Positions 27,191 to 39,984 of a stretch of 64,000 bases of DNA are shown one piece after another. Where the stretch lies: assembly GCA_002269645.1 (NCBI GenBank), contig NIVC01001755.1, positions 1-64,000 on the forward strand, given 5' to 3'. This stretch comes from Macrostomum lignano (lineage: Eukaryota). The translations under genes were made by a program, and so were the position numbers. Each line of letters starts with the position of its first letter. Position 1 is the first letter of the stretch. The notes beneath the pieces were generated by a model that saw only the letters and a program-made list of their open reading frames with translations, did no database searches and was not told where the DNA came from.

Positions 27191-27796
27191 AATTATTTTC
27201 ATTGCAGAAAATTTGTGGTTTTCAAACTTCGCAAACCCCCCTCCCCTGACCTTCAGTTGCATCGATCAGCTGCCATTTTCCTGCCGATTATTAGCCACAA
27301 TCTGCCTCAAGTCGGAGTTTTTACCTAAGACGGAAACCCAGTTGACTAAATTTGAAACGCTATGTATCAATCTTTCCAGACAGAATGTGCGATCTAAGAA
27401 CCACAACTTCATTATGAGCTTTGACAGCCTCGAATGCATTTGATAGTTTTTTCTTGAAAAACATGTTAGTGCACCTCGGATAAACATACGCATGAATGGA
27501 CTTGCTGAATTTTGCAATTACTAAATCGAAAATTTTATAGCTTGTACAATGATAATTCAAGCTTCCAATATCGCTAATAGAGTTTGAGGCGAAAAGCAGC
27601 GTAGAAAATTGCACGATATAGCCAGTGCAGCGTCCTTTTGTATTACTATTATGCATCTATTTATGACTGGGCACTATATGGCGTCAGGGATGTCATGAAG
27701 CCATGCAAGCATCAGCAGCCAATGAAATTCACGTGTTTTTTCAGGTATATTGTATTATCTCAGCAGGCAGATAAATGCCTGTTGAAATACACTCTG

Positions 27797-28981
27797 ATGC
27801 TGGAGTTTTCAACTGAAATCCAACACATCAGACTCATGACCCGCTTTAGTTTACACCGACTGACTGCGTCTCTCATTCTCTGGCTTACTCTGCTGTCGGT
27901 AGCCAGAATTGTGCTCAACCCGGATGTACTTTTCCCTTCACACCGGCCGCTCTCCAACTCAAGCGGCGGTCCCAAGCTGCGCGATCGAGCACCCGTCAGC
28001 GCTCCGGCTCTGCCATGCGAGAACCGGCTGGTGTTCAAGGACTTGTCCTCAAATCTGAAGATTCCCAGAATCATTCACTTCACCGCCAAGAGCGAGTTCA
28101 TGCTCAACAACTACAAGCGCTACCTGAAGCGGTGGTACGAAAGCTACTCTAACTTTACGTTCTACCTGTGGCGAGATGCAGACGCTCTGTGCCTTTTGCG
28201 ACTTCACTATCCGGAGCTGCTTGAAGAGTTCGAGAGCGAGCTGCAGACACCGTTGGAGCGGTCAGACTTCATCCGAGCACTGGCGCTGTACCACTTCGGA
28301 GGACTGTACGTGGACATGGACACTCTCCCAGTCAGGAGCATGGAGCACTTGTTCGACAATCCGATGAGAGGCGCCATGGTCGCACAGGAGCCGGCAGAGC
28401 ACGCCGTCTTCCTGTACAACTTGAAGTCGCTGGTGTCGAACGCCGTGATGTTCGGCATTCCGAAGCACCCATTTTATTACTACTACGTGTGCAAGATGCT
28501 CGCCAAGATCCGCAACCTCTCACCGAGTCCCAACCGCATGAGGACCAACTTCGAAGCCACTCACATCACGGGTCCGATTCTGATGAAGCAGGTGCACGAG
28601 AACTACACCCAGCTCGGTCTGTGCCCAGCCGAACAGGTCAACTGCTCAGTGCACCTGTTTAAGCCGGACGAATTCAGTCCGAACTACGACACGATCCAGA
28701 AGCGTCGCATCGAAAACATCTGCGTGCGGTACTTCAAGCTGCTCAATAGAGAACAGAGACGGCTCTGTAACAGTCTATTAGAGCGTCGGTTTATTCACAG
28801 AAGGCTCAGTCTGCCGACGCTCGCAGTGCACGAATTTCAGCACTTAAGCGGGTACCGACGAAAGCCAAAATCTTTAGATGTGAAGAAGAATCAGAGCCAG
28901 GTGTTGGTCAGTGATTACTTTAATATATTGACGGTCATTCCGCCGATAAAATGGTACGATTCTACACAGAATCAGTGCTGA
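27797..28981 (+). CDS. Intronless GT32-family (alpha-1,4/mannosyltransferase-like) type II membrane glycosyltransferase, copy A
   Basis: TM LTASLILWLTLLSVARIVL; IPRIIHFT; RSDFIRALALYHFGGLYVDMD (DXD); SNAVMFGIPKHPF; TGPILM. Start is 27797 or 27836, not the track's 27638. Confidence 0.9.
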   Translation: MLEFSTEIQHIRLMTRFSLHRLTASLILWLTLLSVARIVLNPDVLFPSHRPLSNSSGGPKLRDRAPVSAPALPCENRLVFKDLSSNLKIPRIIHFTAKSEFMLNNYKRYLKRWYESYSNFTFYLWRDADALCLLRLHYPELLEEFESELQTPLERSDFIRALALYHFGGLYVDMDTLPVRSMEHLFDNPMRGAMVAQEPAEHAVFLYNLKSLVSNAVMFGIPKHPFYYYYVCKMLAKIRNLSPSPNRMRTNFEATHITGPILMKQVHENYTQLGLCPAEQVNCSVHLFKPDEFSPNYDTIQKRRIENICVRYFKLLNREQRRLCNSLLERRFIHRRLSLPTLAVHEFQHLSGYRRKPKSLDVKKNQSQVLVSDYFNILTVIPPIKWYDSTQNQC

Positions 28982-30054
28982 TTTCCTAACTGTGATTCAA
29001 TTAATCTTTCGTTCATTGCTTAGAAGAGACAATTCTGAGTATGAGTACATTTGTAATCTAATGAAGTACTATATTTTCTTTTCTGTGAATGCAATAGTTT
29101 AATTGGTGTCTTGTGGCTGGTGTCTTCGAGTGGAACGGTCGTGAATTGCAAACAGGATGTCTCTAAACTGCCTCACTGCATATGCATGCTTCAGATATCT
29201 TCTCATTTTTTATATTGATAGCGAATACAAAATGACAATCGTCCAAAATCTTCAGTCTTACTGGATTCCTTATTTGATACGTGCTTTTCTGCCTATCTTC
29301 AACTTTTTTCATTGAGACACTATTTGAGCTGCTGGACAATTTATTTTAATACCAATTTAGATAGAAAAAACTGTATTGATAATGAGAAACGCCTTCACCC
29401 GTCTACACACCCGGCTAAATGCTCAGAGCAAAACTCATTTTCAGAGTTGTTTTTGAGATCACCTGACAGCCTAGCAGGAGGCTTTACAATACCGCAGACA
29501 ATTAGGCAAGCACACGTGTGTGAGCCGTCATGCTGGTCTGACTTTCTGAGTCTGTATATCTGAGTCTATCCCAGAATTCAAGCTATATAATTTAATCTAT
29601 CGTTTTCACGTTCAGAACTGAATTTATAGGTCTGGAAAATGTCTCCTTCATACACGTAAAAGTACTTGCAGTTGCAAGTGCTAGTGTTGTATTTTTTGCT
29701 TCCGTCCGTGTGGGCCGCAGACGGGGTGATCGGGGGTTCGGGGGTCGGACTGCCCAGAGCTTGCCGGGTGTGATAGGCGAGAGAGTGGCGACCCCCGAGG
29801 CGTACGGACACTTCGAGGTGGAAGTGGAGAGCCTGGGAGCGTACAGACACTCGTCCAGCATGGAATATTGTAGGAATACATGTCGACCCTTGTAGTACAT
29901 AAACGAGTTGAAAATTGCTCATGCCTCTTAGCTGCATGGCGGTCCGAAGACGCAGCGTGGAGGCGAGCGTCGCCCATTCCGCAATGCTCATGCCTCACGC
30001 TGCTCAAACTGCTTTTGAAGCGCCAGCTCGATGAAAATTCGATGAAGATCTGAG

Positions 30055-30458
30055 CCAGCACCAAGGGGCGCCAGCACCAAGGGGCGCCAGCACCAAGGGG
30101 CGCCAGCACCAAGGGGCGCCAGCACCAAGGGGCGCCAGCACCAAGGGGCGCCAGCACCAAGGGGCGCCAGCACCAAGGGGCGCCAGCACCAAGGGGCGCC
30201 AGCACCAAGGGGCGCCAGCACCAAGGGGCGCCAGCACCAAGGGGCGCCAGCACCAAGGGGCGCCAGCACCAAGGGGCGCCAGCACCAAGGGGCGCCAGCA
30301 CCAAGGGGCGCCAGCACCAAGGGGCGCCAGCACCAAGGGGCGCCAGCACCAAGGGGCGCCAGCACCAAGGGGCGCCAGCACCAAGGGGCGCCAGCACCAA
30401 GGGGCGCCAGCACCAAGGGGCGCCAGCACCAAGGGGCGCCAGCACCAAGGGGCGCCAG
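30055..30458. repeat. GC-rich 16-bp minisatellite (CCAGCACCAAGGGGCG)n, about 25 perfect copies
   Basis: Direct reading; 16-aa (48-nt) periodic ORFs. Confidence 0.97.
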
Positions 30459-32483
30459 AGTAGGTGCTGAGGTGTGAAATCATTTTGTCAGCTTACTAGG
30501 GGAGGGGGCGTGTTGCGCCCCTCTGCCACTGTGGCTTACGCTTTAGTAAAATATGTCTCCATAAAACGTTTCCTACTACTTGCATTTGTAGCATGTACAG
30601 TAGTACTTTAAGTTTACAATTTTTCAGTATAAAGGTTATCCAAACTGGAGGTGCTTGAAGCTGAAAATGTAATATGGAGAATAAAGCCAGAATTTTTAAA
30701 GCATTCTACCAACTCAATGTTTGATTAGTAAACAAGTCGTTATAAGGTGAACAAATGCATTGATCTGGTTCATCTTGTGCACTGGATAATTGGCATGCAG
30801 TGGCACTGAGCAGGTGCCAAAAGTTCACCTCTAAATTGGCAATGATGAACGCAGGTTTACTGGCAGTAAGAACTGTAATTCAGTCCATTTACATGTACAC
30901 TAAATAATAAGAAAGGTGATTTCTACCCAGATTAAACACTAGCACAAAGGTTTTCTACACTTGCTTAGCTACCCTGCATGCAAGATACTGCAGGATGCCT
31001 ACATTCTGGCATTAATTATTCAGTTGCTACAGGAGAGGGTAAACTCATACTCGCTGAGCGAGTATTTGGGCAGCAGGTCATACTGAGCAGCGGTGGGACA
31101 CCCTACAGCAGACGGATCGACTCTGTAGAAAATTTCTTCTTGCTCTATCATCCGTGGATTCTGCATATATCCGGTAGAACCTATTCTCATGCTTGTACCA
31201 AAGCTGTCAACCGCAGGGTATTAAGGCAAAGACTACTCAAGCAGAAGGACAGGAAATAACTATGTTTCTTGAGAAATTTCTAGGAATCGTTTTTTTACCG
31301 AAAAACTACATTCGAAATTATATCCTAAGTGCATGTTGTATGCCTAAAAATCATTAAAAATGGCACAACATTAAGATTCATTAGTTTTGTGAATCTATTT
31401 TTATTATTAGCTGTTACACATATTTATACCGCAATGAAACTAAAAATCATAAAATCGATAATGACTACATGTACGGTGCAGTACATGTAAGATTGTACGC
31501 AGCATATAAAGTTAACATAGGATCCTAATTTCATAAATGAAAAGCTATAATAAAGACAATTGACATCAAAAGATGAACAATGAGTCTGTTTCCAATCAAA
31601 AGCGATAGCCAACATTTTTTGTACTGAATTAAAAATAAAAAACCTCTTATCTTGATCCGTAATGCTTTTTCGGTGAAACCTACCTCCTAAAATATTCCCA
31701 GAAACGTAGTTTTCCCTCAGATTTGAGTAGTCCAATTGTATTTTTTAGCTAATTTTATATTTTTGCAGACGAAGGAGAAACTGTTAAAATTATGCATGTA
31801 TTTTTTAGAAATTCCTGCTTGATTCCAATATTCTGATTTTATTTGCAAGACAATGGTTTTTAGCTTTTATGACATTGAGCATTGATTATCTATTTTTAAC
31901 TCTTCATATTTATCTTATTGCTCAATGGAAAAATACATATTTAATTTCCAATTTTCAGTATTGCAAAGTTGAGAAAAAGGAAGTGGAACAAAGCAAAGGA
32001 AAAAAAACCTAGTTTTCTTGGAGAACAAGTCTCCTCAGTGAACCAGAAAAGTACATAAGTGGCGAGGCGGATAAACAATAAAAATGAGTTGAATTCTCAA
32101 GCAGTTTATCGCAGTAACCTATAAATAATTTACTGCACGGCTGACCAACTATCAAGTAGAATGTGAACGACTTTTCAAGATCTTTACTTGTCAGGCAAAC
32201 TCATCTTTAACTTGGCTAATAAGATGAACTCTCACTTTAATTGTAGCATTCAGCCTTCATGAATAAACTATCTGCCAAACTGCAGTTCTCAAGCCAGTAA
32301 GTGCCTGTTTTACTTCCTTAAATTATTTGATTTAACGTTGTTGCGTTTCAGCCCTTGAAAGGCACTACACTGAATGGTGCGCCAGAGCCAATGGAATTCA
32401 AGCCAGTGTTAGTTAAGCTTGGTTTAGCTTAGGTTAAATGTCTGTCAGATGCAAGCTATGCTCGCTGCTTGCCACTTAACGGA

Positions 32484-33641
32484 ATGAAACCGAGACGACT
32501 AACCTGCCTTATCGTTCAACGCAGACTGGCTGCGTCCCTGATGCTCTGGGTTACTCTGCTGTCGGTAGCCAGAATTGTGCTCAACCCGGATGTACTTTTT
32601 CCTTCACATCGGCCGCTCTCCAACTCAAGCGGCGGTCCCAAGCTGCGCGATCGAGCACCCGTCAGCGCTCCGGCTCTGCCATGCGAGAACCGGCTGGTGT
32701 TCAAGGACTTGTCCTCAAATCTGAAGATTCCAGAATCATTCACTTCACCGCCAAGAGCGAGTTCATGCTCAACAACTACAAGCGCTACCTGAAGCGGTGG
32801 TACGAAAGCTACTCGAACTTTACGTTCTACCTGTGGCGAGATGCAGACGCTCTGTGCCTTTTGCGACTTCACTATCCGGAGCTGCTTGAAGAGTTCGAGA
32901 GCGAGCTGCAGACACCGTTGGAGCGGTCAGACTTCATCCGAGCACTGGCGCTGTACCACTTCGGAGGACTGTACGTGGACATGGACACTCTCCCAGTCAG
33001 GAGCATGGAGCACTTGTTCGACAATCCGATGAGAGGCGCCATGGTCGCACAGGAGCCGGAAGAGCACGCCGTCTTCCTGTACAACTTGAAGTCGCTGGTG
33101 TCGAACGCCGTGATGTTCGGCATTCCAAAGCACCCGTTTTATTACTACTACGTGTGCAAGATGCTCGCCAAGATCCGCAACCTCTCACGAGTCCCAACCG
33201 CATGAGGACCAACTTCGAAGCCACTCACATCACGGGTCCGATTCTGATGAAGCAGGTGCACGAGAACTACACCAGCTCGGTCTGTGCCCAGCCGAACAGC
33301 TCAACTGCTCAGTGCACCTGTTTAAGCCGGACGAATTCAGTCCGAACTACGACACGAGCCAGAAGCGTCGCATCCGGTACACCTGTATTCGGCGCTACAG
33401 GACTTTAAAAAACCAACAGCGGCGACTCTGCAACAGTCTGCTTTACCGCAGGTTTGCAAACAGAAGGCTCACACAGAAAACATTTGCGGTCCACGATTTC
33501 CGGCACTTCAGCACCAATAAGCAGAAGAGAAAGTCGTCTAAGAACAGACAGAAGGGTTTAGTTCTGCATGGGCCTTTGTTTAATGCTTTCACAGTTATTC
33601 CTAGTCTGAAACAGTTTAATTCCACTGAGGAGCAGTGCTAA
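32484..33641 (+). CDS. GT32 glycosyltransferase copy B, three single-C deletions (assembly error or young pseudogene)
   Basis: Near-identical to copy A over 32551-33373. Frameshifts at about 32730 (TTCCAGA vs TTCCCAGA), 33188 (TCACGA vs TCACCGA) and 33272 (ACACCAG vs ACACCCAG). Confidence 0.85.
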
Positions 33642-34496
33642 TTTAGTGAAGTACTCTCGTTGCTACCTCCGAATTCACCAAAAGGAATTGAAGATTTATG
33701 ACAAAAAATTAGCTAACCCTTCGCAGTGCAATCTTAGCTGATGCAATACCGCTATTTGCAGACTAGCTTATATTCTTGCAGTGTTCTCAAATATAGATCT
33801 GATTTATGAAACCATTAATAACGTGCGAGATTTATGAATCGTCTATCTGGGCGACGCTTGGGTTTTGAAGTTTGATTTGCACTTTTCATATAATTTACTT
33901 TTTACCCTCTTCATCTTCTTTCGTGTTGCCAAAAGACAAGGCAAAAGACAACCGAAAGACAACTAAAAGACAAGGCAAATAGTGCGTTAGCCTTGGAATG
34001 GATGCTTCAAAAATTCATGCATGATTCCAGGGGCTAAGAGTCTGAATGCTTGATTGACAGCTGCAGTATAGAACACTTTTTATTGCTCTCTGCTGGTTTT
34101 CAGCGTGAGTCTCATCCTTTTTATGGAATCCCAATGCAACCGTTCTTGCTGGCTCATCTTGAAGATTTTGAGCTCGATATTGCAGCTGGGGTCTGAGATA
34201 AACGTGACAAAGTGAGTAACGTCCATCACACTGGCTCTTTGAATTCTATCGATTGAGCGTTTAAAAAATCGATATTGTTATTCATTAATAAAATTTTGTG
34301 TAAAGTTAGCAATAGTTTGATTGCAAATGCTTTAGACTTATAGCTTTTTCCATTGAAAAATTCTGGAAGCAAGAATGTTCCAGAAAAAGTTCCAAATTCA
34401 ACTAACTATAGTTGGAGTACTACACCTGCAACATTCACGCTTCTATAAACATTGCTGCGATTTCACGTAAGCCTTTAACGTAAGGCAACGAGCGAG

Positions 34497-34820
34497 TCAC
34501 CAACACGGCGCTCTATCATCGCGCCGGCCTGGCCCGTCCTAGCGATCTGCTGCGCCGTCGGCGACTCCAGCTGGCAGGCCACGTCATCCGCGCGAGGCCT
34601 ACTGTCCGGAGCCGGTGCAGGAGGTGCTGCTACTTACGTTGCAGGCACCCTACCGGCGGGGACAAGCGAGGACACGGCGCTACGTCGACTGTCTGCTGGC
34701 TGACGCCGGCGCCCCGGACTCTACCGGCGGTGCGGCCTTTGTTCGCGCCCAAGCTTCGAAGCGTGCCATCTGACGTTGCTTTTGCGATCCGGCAGCGTAC
34801 TCTGTTGTTGTTGTTGTTAG
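34497..34820 (+). mobile_element. 5'-truncated non-LTR retrotransposon 3' end (RTE-like)
   Basis: LYHRAGLARPSDLLRRRRLQLAGHVIRA (RLxxxGHVxR end-of-RT motif), then a (TTG)n tail at 34803-34818. Confidence 0.7.
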
Positions 34821-37458
34821 TGCGTTTTACTGCTTTGGCACTCGTGCATGAACTCTTAATTTAGAATAATTGTATCAGGACTTATTTTCAATCTAATTTT
34901 ATCATTCTTCAGATTGTCTGGAAATTGAGTACGTCAGCCTAATAATGGGACTTCTAATTTCAACGTGAATAGAAATTTTTTGAAGCTTTCTATTTTTATA
35001 GATTTTTTGTTTTTTAACGTGTCGGACACGCTTCTGAAACTCGTCGGTACTTGAGCGTATTTGGTTTTTCATTCAAATTGGTGCGTGATCTTCGGCAGGA
35101 CTGACGTGGCAGTTGGTAGAGATCTTGCGGTACGCAGACAGAACAGAGAAAGCCATAGACAACGGAAATCTGTTTGGTTTTAACTGCAAGAGCAATTTAG
35201 GCCAAAGCTGGAAGCCATGGCTAAAGTAGAGAAATGGCACAGAGAGGACCATGCGCTAAAATCAGTCTGTTGTACAGAGAGAGAGAGAGAGCAGAGTGAA
35301 TGCATGCGTGACCGGTACTATTGAGTTTGATGTTTGTGAAATAAACCGAATCGATAGCAGAAAACCTATTTGCTGGGTAATTTCAGTTCTTAGCCTATGG
35401 TGAATGAAAACCTTTTCGGACCAAAAACCAAAGCCGCGATATCGAGGCTGCTTCCCGTTCCCCAGGCGATGGTTTTGCTTCTCAATTTCTGCTTGAAGAA
35501 ACTCTAGATCATGTGCTAGTAGTGCATGCACCTTTGGACTAATGTTGAAGTTTTGAGTTTAAGTTGTGTTGATGTAATGCTGGTTGGGAAATTCCGAAAT
35601 AGCTTGCTTCAATCCAGGCAGTATGGCTCATTGCCAAAGCACATGCGCTTCACATTAGGCAACGCATGGAATGGAGAACTGTTCCGTCATGTTGCTTTGG
35701 CCGGCAAGATGTTCAGCTGTCTTGTCCAGGATGCTGCCGTCAGTAGTATATGCTGCAAAAGAATCCGCCGCCATCGATTCCAATGGTTGCTATGCAGTCT
35801 CAGAAGGATCCATCCGTCTGTCTTCCATTATTACCAACATCTGTGCAGTACGCAACGATTCGCAGCTCTTGCTGGGTCTCTCTTAATTTGCAACGAAATC
35901 TGTGCAACTTCGAAAAACTCCAGGGTAATGATGTCAATCTCTCGGAGTCTCTGCTCAAGATGTCGGCTCAATTGAATAGCGTCCTTGTCATTCGCGTATC
36001 TTCTGCGCCGCCTGCTTAGTTTAACGCTGGCTTAGCCTCAGCTTGCTGATCCGCTCTACAGAAATAGGATCCGCAAAGTGTGTTCGGCGCCAGGATCTCA
36101 GCTCCACGCTTGTCCATTGACAGCTGCTCAGAAAGATTGGCACGCCTTTATGTGATTATGCAGATGTGACCTTTTCCTCTGTTGAGTTCAGAACGACAGC
36201 GTCAGCAAAAGGTGACCGGATCGGCAGGTGACAGTGGGTCTGAATTATCAGTCAGTGGGCGCCCGACGGGCCGATGCTTTGCTGTTTCCTGCAGTCCTTC
36301 GCCGATTGGAAGTTCGCGCGAAAATCAATCAAACAGATTTTGCGCTCACACCGAAGACTTTGTTGCGTTAGTGGTGCTAGCAAAACAGAATTTTGATGTA
36401 AGCTGGACAACTTAACAACGCGCTTGGCTACAGCCTCCTTTGAAAACATATCTTTCTCGTACAACGTAGAGTCGAGGTAAGGTACATCTCGTTTGAGGAA
36501 AGCCAAGAAAACGAAAGCAAACACGAACATTCGCATTTTTCTTTAATAATACGAAATTACAATTTATTAATCTTAAATTAATCTTATATAATCTTATCTT
36601 ATATACTAATCTTATAATAATCTTACAATTCATTAATATTATTGTTGTTTTTGTCTTATTTTAAAACAACGCAAACTACTTTAGTAAGTACTAGTGTTTG
36701 TGAATCTTGAACTCAATTCATTTATAATTTACTACATGTACAATCTTTAAGTTTTCAGCCACCAGTGTTACGTATTTGCAGATTTAGATTGTGTGAGAAC
36801 GTATGGGTTCAGAATGCAAAAAAATGCATTCATTAAATTGATTAGACGTAGGAAATTATATATTTTACTGATCTGAAGTCAATGAAATCACTTACATACA
36901 GCTACTCTGCCAGTGGCATGCAGTTAAAAAATAAATTTCGGCCATTTGCACGCTTGTATTTAATAGGACAAAATATTTAGAATTCGCTGGAAATCCATAA
37001 AACACCTCGTAAATGTCATTTTGAATGATAGCGTGCTTTTTAAAACTATTTAAAATAGATAGAAAAGTATTTTATTTACGTTTTTTATATCAGTAAAGGA
37101 AATATTCCTTCCGTCTGAATAACTTTAGTTTCAAGCAGTATTACTAACGTGAAAAAAACTAACCAAATGCCAACCAGGATCTAACGTTACTCGTAACGTT
37201 ACTTTGGACTGAAGGAAATGGTAACTATTAATTGGAAGACTGTTATACTTAGCTAGTTATATAAGTTATAAATTAAAATTATTTTGATTATTAGTCCGAG
37301 AGGCAGCTCGTAGTTTTTAATCTCTGGAAGAATTTTAAAAGGAAGTGCTTGTTTCAAGTATCCATTTATTCAGAGGTAAAATATTAATAGATACCATATA
37401 TATTACGCACTTCAAATACATACATACTATCTGTGAGTTCTGGCCTCCATCGTCAAGT

Positions 37459-38990
37459 TCACAAGTTGGCCCGCCGCAAAGAAATTGTATAGTAGGAGAA
37501 GCAAACGATGGACACAAGCTGGCACACAGTGCTTGCCACGCCTCCGTACATGTAGCAGACGTAGCCAAAGCACTCCGGTATGCTAGCAGCAGTCCCAGGG
37601 GCCGTGGAATTGAACGCGACGCCGCCTGTCTTATCACCGGAAGTTGTTCGAATTTGAGCGTCGTACAGAGCGCCGAATTGCAGAATAAGAAGCAGGCCAG
37701 TTGTTGAAGCTAAAAGAAGACAGGAAGAGTAGAGCCGTCCGAACAGGTGCGGCTTTTCAGTCATAGAGATGATCACGGGTGGAATGGTGAATAGGGTGGC
37801 GTTGTTGATACTATCAAAAACGTAGGCCGTAATCGTAATACCAAAAGCTGACACGCCTGGAAGCAGTGGGACGCTAAGAAGCAGCGTCGAAGGAGCGCCG
37901 AAGCAGACCACGCTGGCAAGCAAAACAGCAGATCGATGACTTGCCTTCGGTAGGTGTCTGTCAGTAAGAAGCCCAATCAGACAGCGCCAAGCTATGCCCA
38001 CCAGAGTTGGAAACCAAAAATAGTAAACGTCGTATTGAGTCAGCGACAAACTTCGAGTGACGCTAGTCAGGTTTAGAAAGGTTGTCAGGTTTGCTCCGAT
38101 GGACAGAGCAACGCCCAGCATGAGAGGCATGAAGCGATCTGAGCAGCACACGGTAAAAAAGTATTGTGTCTGCGTCAGGAAACCGTCCTGCGGTCGAGTG
38201 TCGATCGTCTCAGCCGTCGCAGTATGCGTTTCGTTCATGTTAGAGTTGAATGCATCCTGTAGTTTCTGTCGATCCTGTTCCGGTGGCTGTTTGTCTAGAA
38301 TAGGGCTCGATTCGCTAGGTTTTTCTTTATCCAAAGAATCATCGAACGGTGTTAGAAAGATAAAAGCGAACACATGAATAGTGGCATTTAAAACTAGGAG
38401 CACGATCCGGGTGCCTACAGGTCTCTGGTCGGTGTTACTTCTGTGCATATTGTCGAAGACCACGTAGTAGATGAAGGCCACAACTGGGGGACCCAGACTG
38501 AAGAAGTTGTCCGCCAGCGTCATGACAAAGACACGTTGACTCGATGAGAAACTTTTCATGCAGCAACCAATCGCAGCCACGTAGCTGTAGTTGAAGCTGT
38601 GACCGTACAGGAACAGCAGAATGAACAGCAGCCATAAGTTCTGGCGCAGCGGCTCTGGATACGCCATTGCGACGGCAACAAAAGTCATGGACAGCGTGGA
38701 GAGGACGCCACTGAAGACGACCGAAGCTCTCGTACCAAAACGGTCGTAAAAGAGTCCGCTGAGAAAGATTAGCACTGTTCCCAGGTACAGTAGAGCAACG
38801 CTAAAGTCCAGTTGTCTCTGGTTTAGTCCATAGCTGAACTTTATGAAATTGGCAAATATAGGGCCTGAGACACACTGGCCAGCCATCATCAGAATTAAAC
38901 AGGCGCTCATTAGCAGAAGGCATTTTCGCCGAGAAGTCTCCGTCATGCAGACATTTTTCACCGTTTCCGGTTGCTGCTTAGTATCATCCA
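37459..38990 (-). CDS. Intronless MFS transporter, nodulin-like/Mch1-type, about 510 aa
   Basis: Multiple hydrophobic helices in two halves with a hydrophilic central loop; GLFYDRFGTR and GLLTDRHLP loop motifs; N-terminal KFSYGLNQRQLD and CCMKSFSSSQR resemble the nodulin-like (PF06813) pattern. First ATG at 38990. Confidence 0.85.
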
Positions 38991-39984
38991 TTAGTGAAGA
39001 AAACACTGCGCCGGAAACTTAGTTTCTAATTAGTTTTATAGATGTGTAGATCGGTAAAATACCTGGTATGTGGCGTCTTAAGCGAGAAATGTTCAGTTTA
39101 GGAGCTTGTGGATCTTGCTCTGGGTTTTTTATGGCACCCTAACTATAGCTTTTTTGAATTCTTCTCCGCCTTGTCCTGCACTGCTCTATATAATCGGAGG
39201 AAATTATTGGGTGCGCGATCTGTTACGCAAAAATATTATAGGCGATTAAAACTGTAAGCTCAACCCCGGATCGAGAGTTAACCAGCTGTACCGGGAGTTC
39301 ACATTCTCATATTAAATGACTTCGATCCCTTCTTTTCAATTGCTCAACTATAATTCACATTGGTACATTATTAAGCTCAAGCATTTCATAACCACCCTGA
39401 GTAAATACAGCACTATATCATGCCAGAATTATTTAATGCAAACTCATGTGGACTGAGAATGCTCACTCTGAAAAAAACCCGTGGCCTTGCAGTTGCTTTG
39501 ACTCAATGCAGCGCCCCCCCCCCCCTGTATCTTATTTCGGACTCAATACGAGCTAATCTACATGCATGAGCAACTGGGCTCAAAATGGGATCCGAAATAA
39601 GCAAACTATATATTGCATGTTAATATATAGCGAAGACACCCCTACGCAGGCAGGCAATTCTCGTGGACAGAATTGAACTCCTGACATAAATTTCCGCTCG
39701 CGTATACTAATAAACAGCGAAATTAAGTCGCTTAGCTATATACTGTGCGTTCAATTATTCAGCCAATGTAGTTCAATTCAAAGGCGGCTCGAGTTTCTAT
39801 TCAGAAACCTATGAACAAGCATGTGGGTAACGTGATCTACAATATTGGGTGTGGTTACGTGCATACATGTACGAGTATATCCGATACATGTATGCACTAT
39901 AGCTATAGCTATAGCTATAACTAGATATTTGAAGGGCGAGGGCCTTTCAAAACCGCAAAGCTCACGTTACCCTCATACGGTGGA

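Noticed and set aside
27638-27796. Long N-terminal extension of GT32-A in the ORF track
   Set aside because: Non-ATG start, contains acceptor-like TTTTTTCAG, and has no counterpart in copy B
29700-30050. GC-rich exon-like stretch next to the 16-bp array
   Set aside because: No frame gives a recognisable motif or a phase-consistent partner exon
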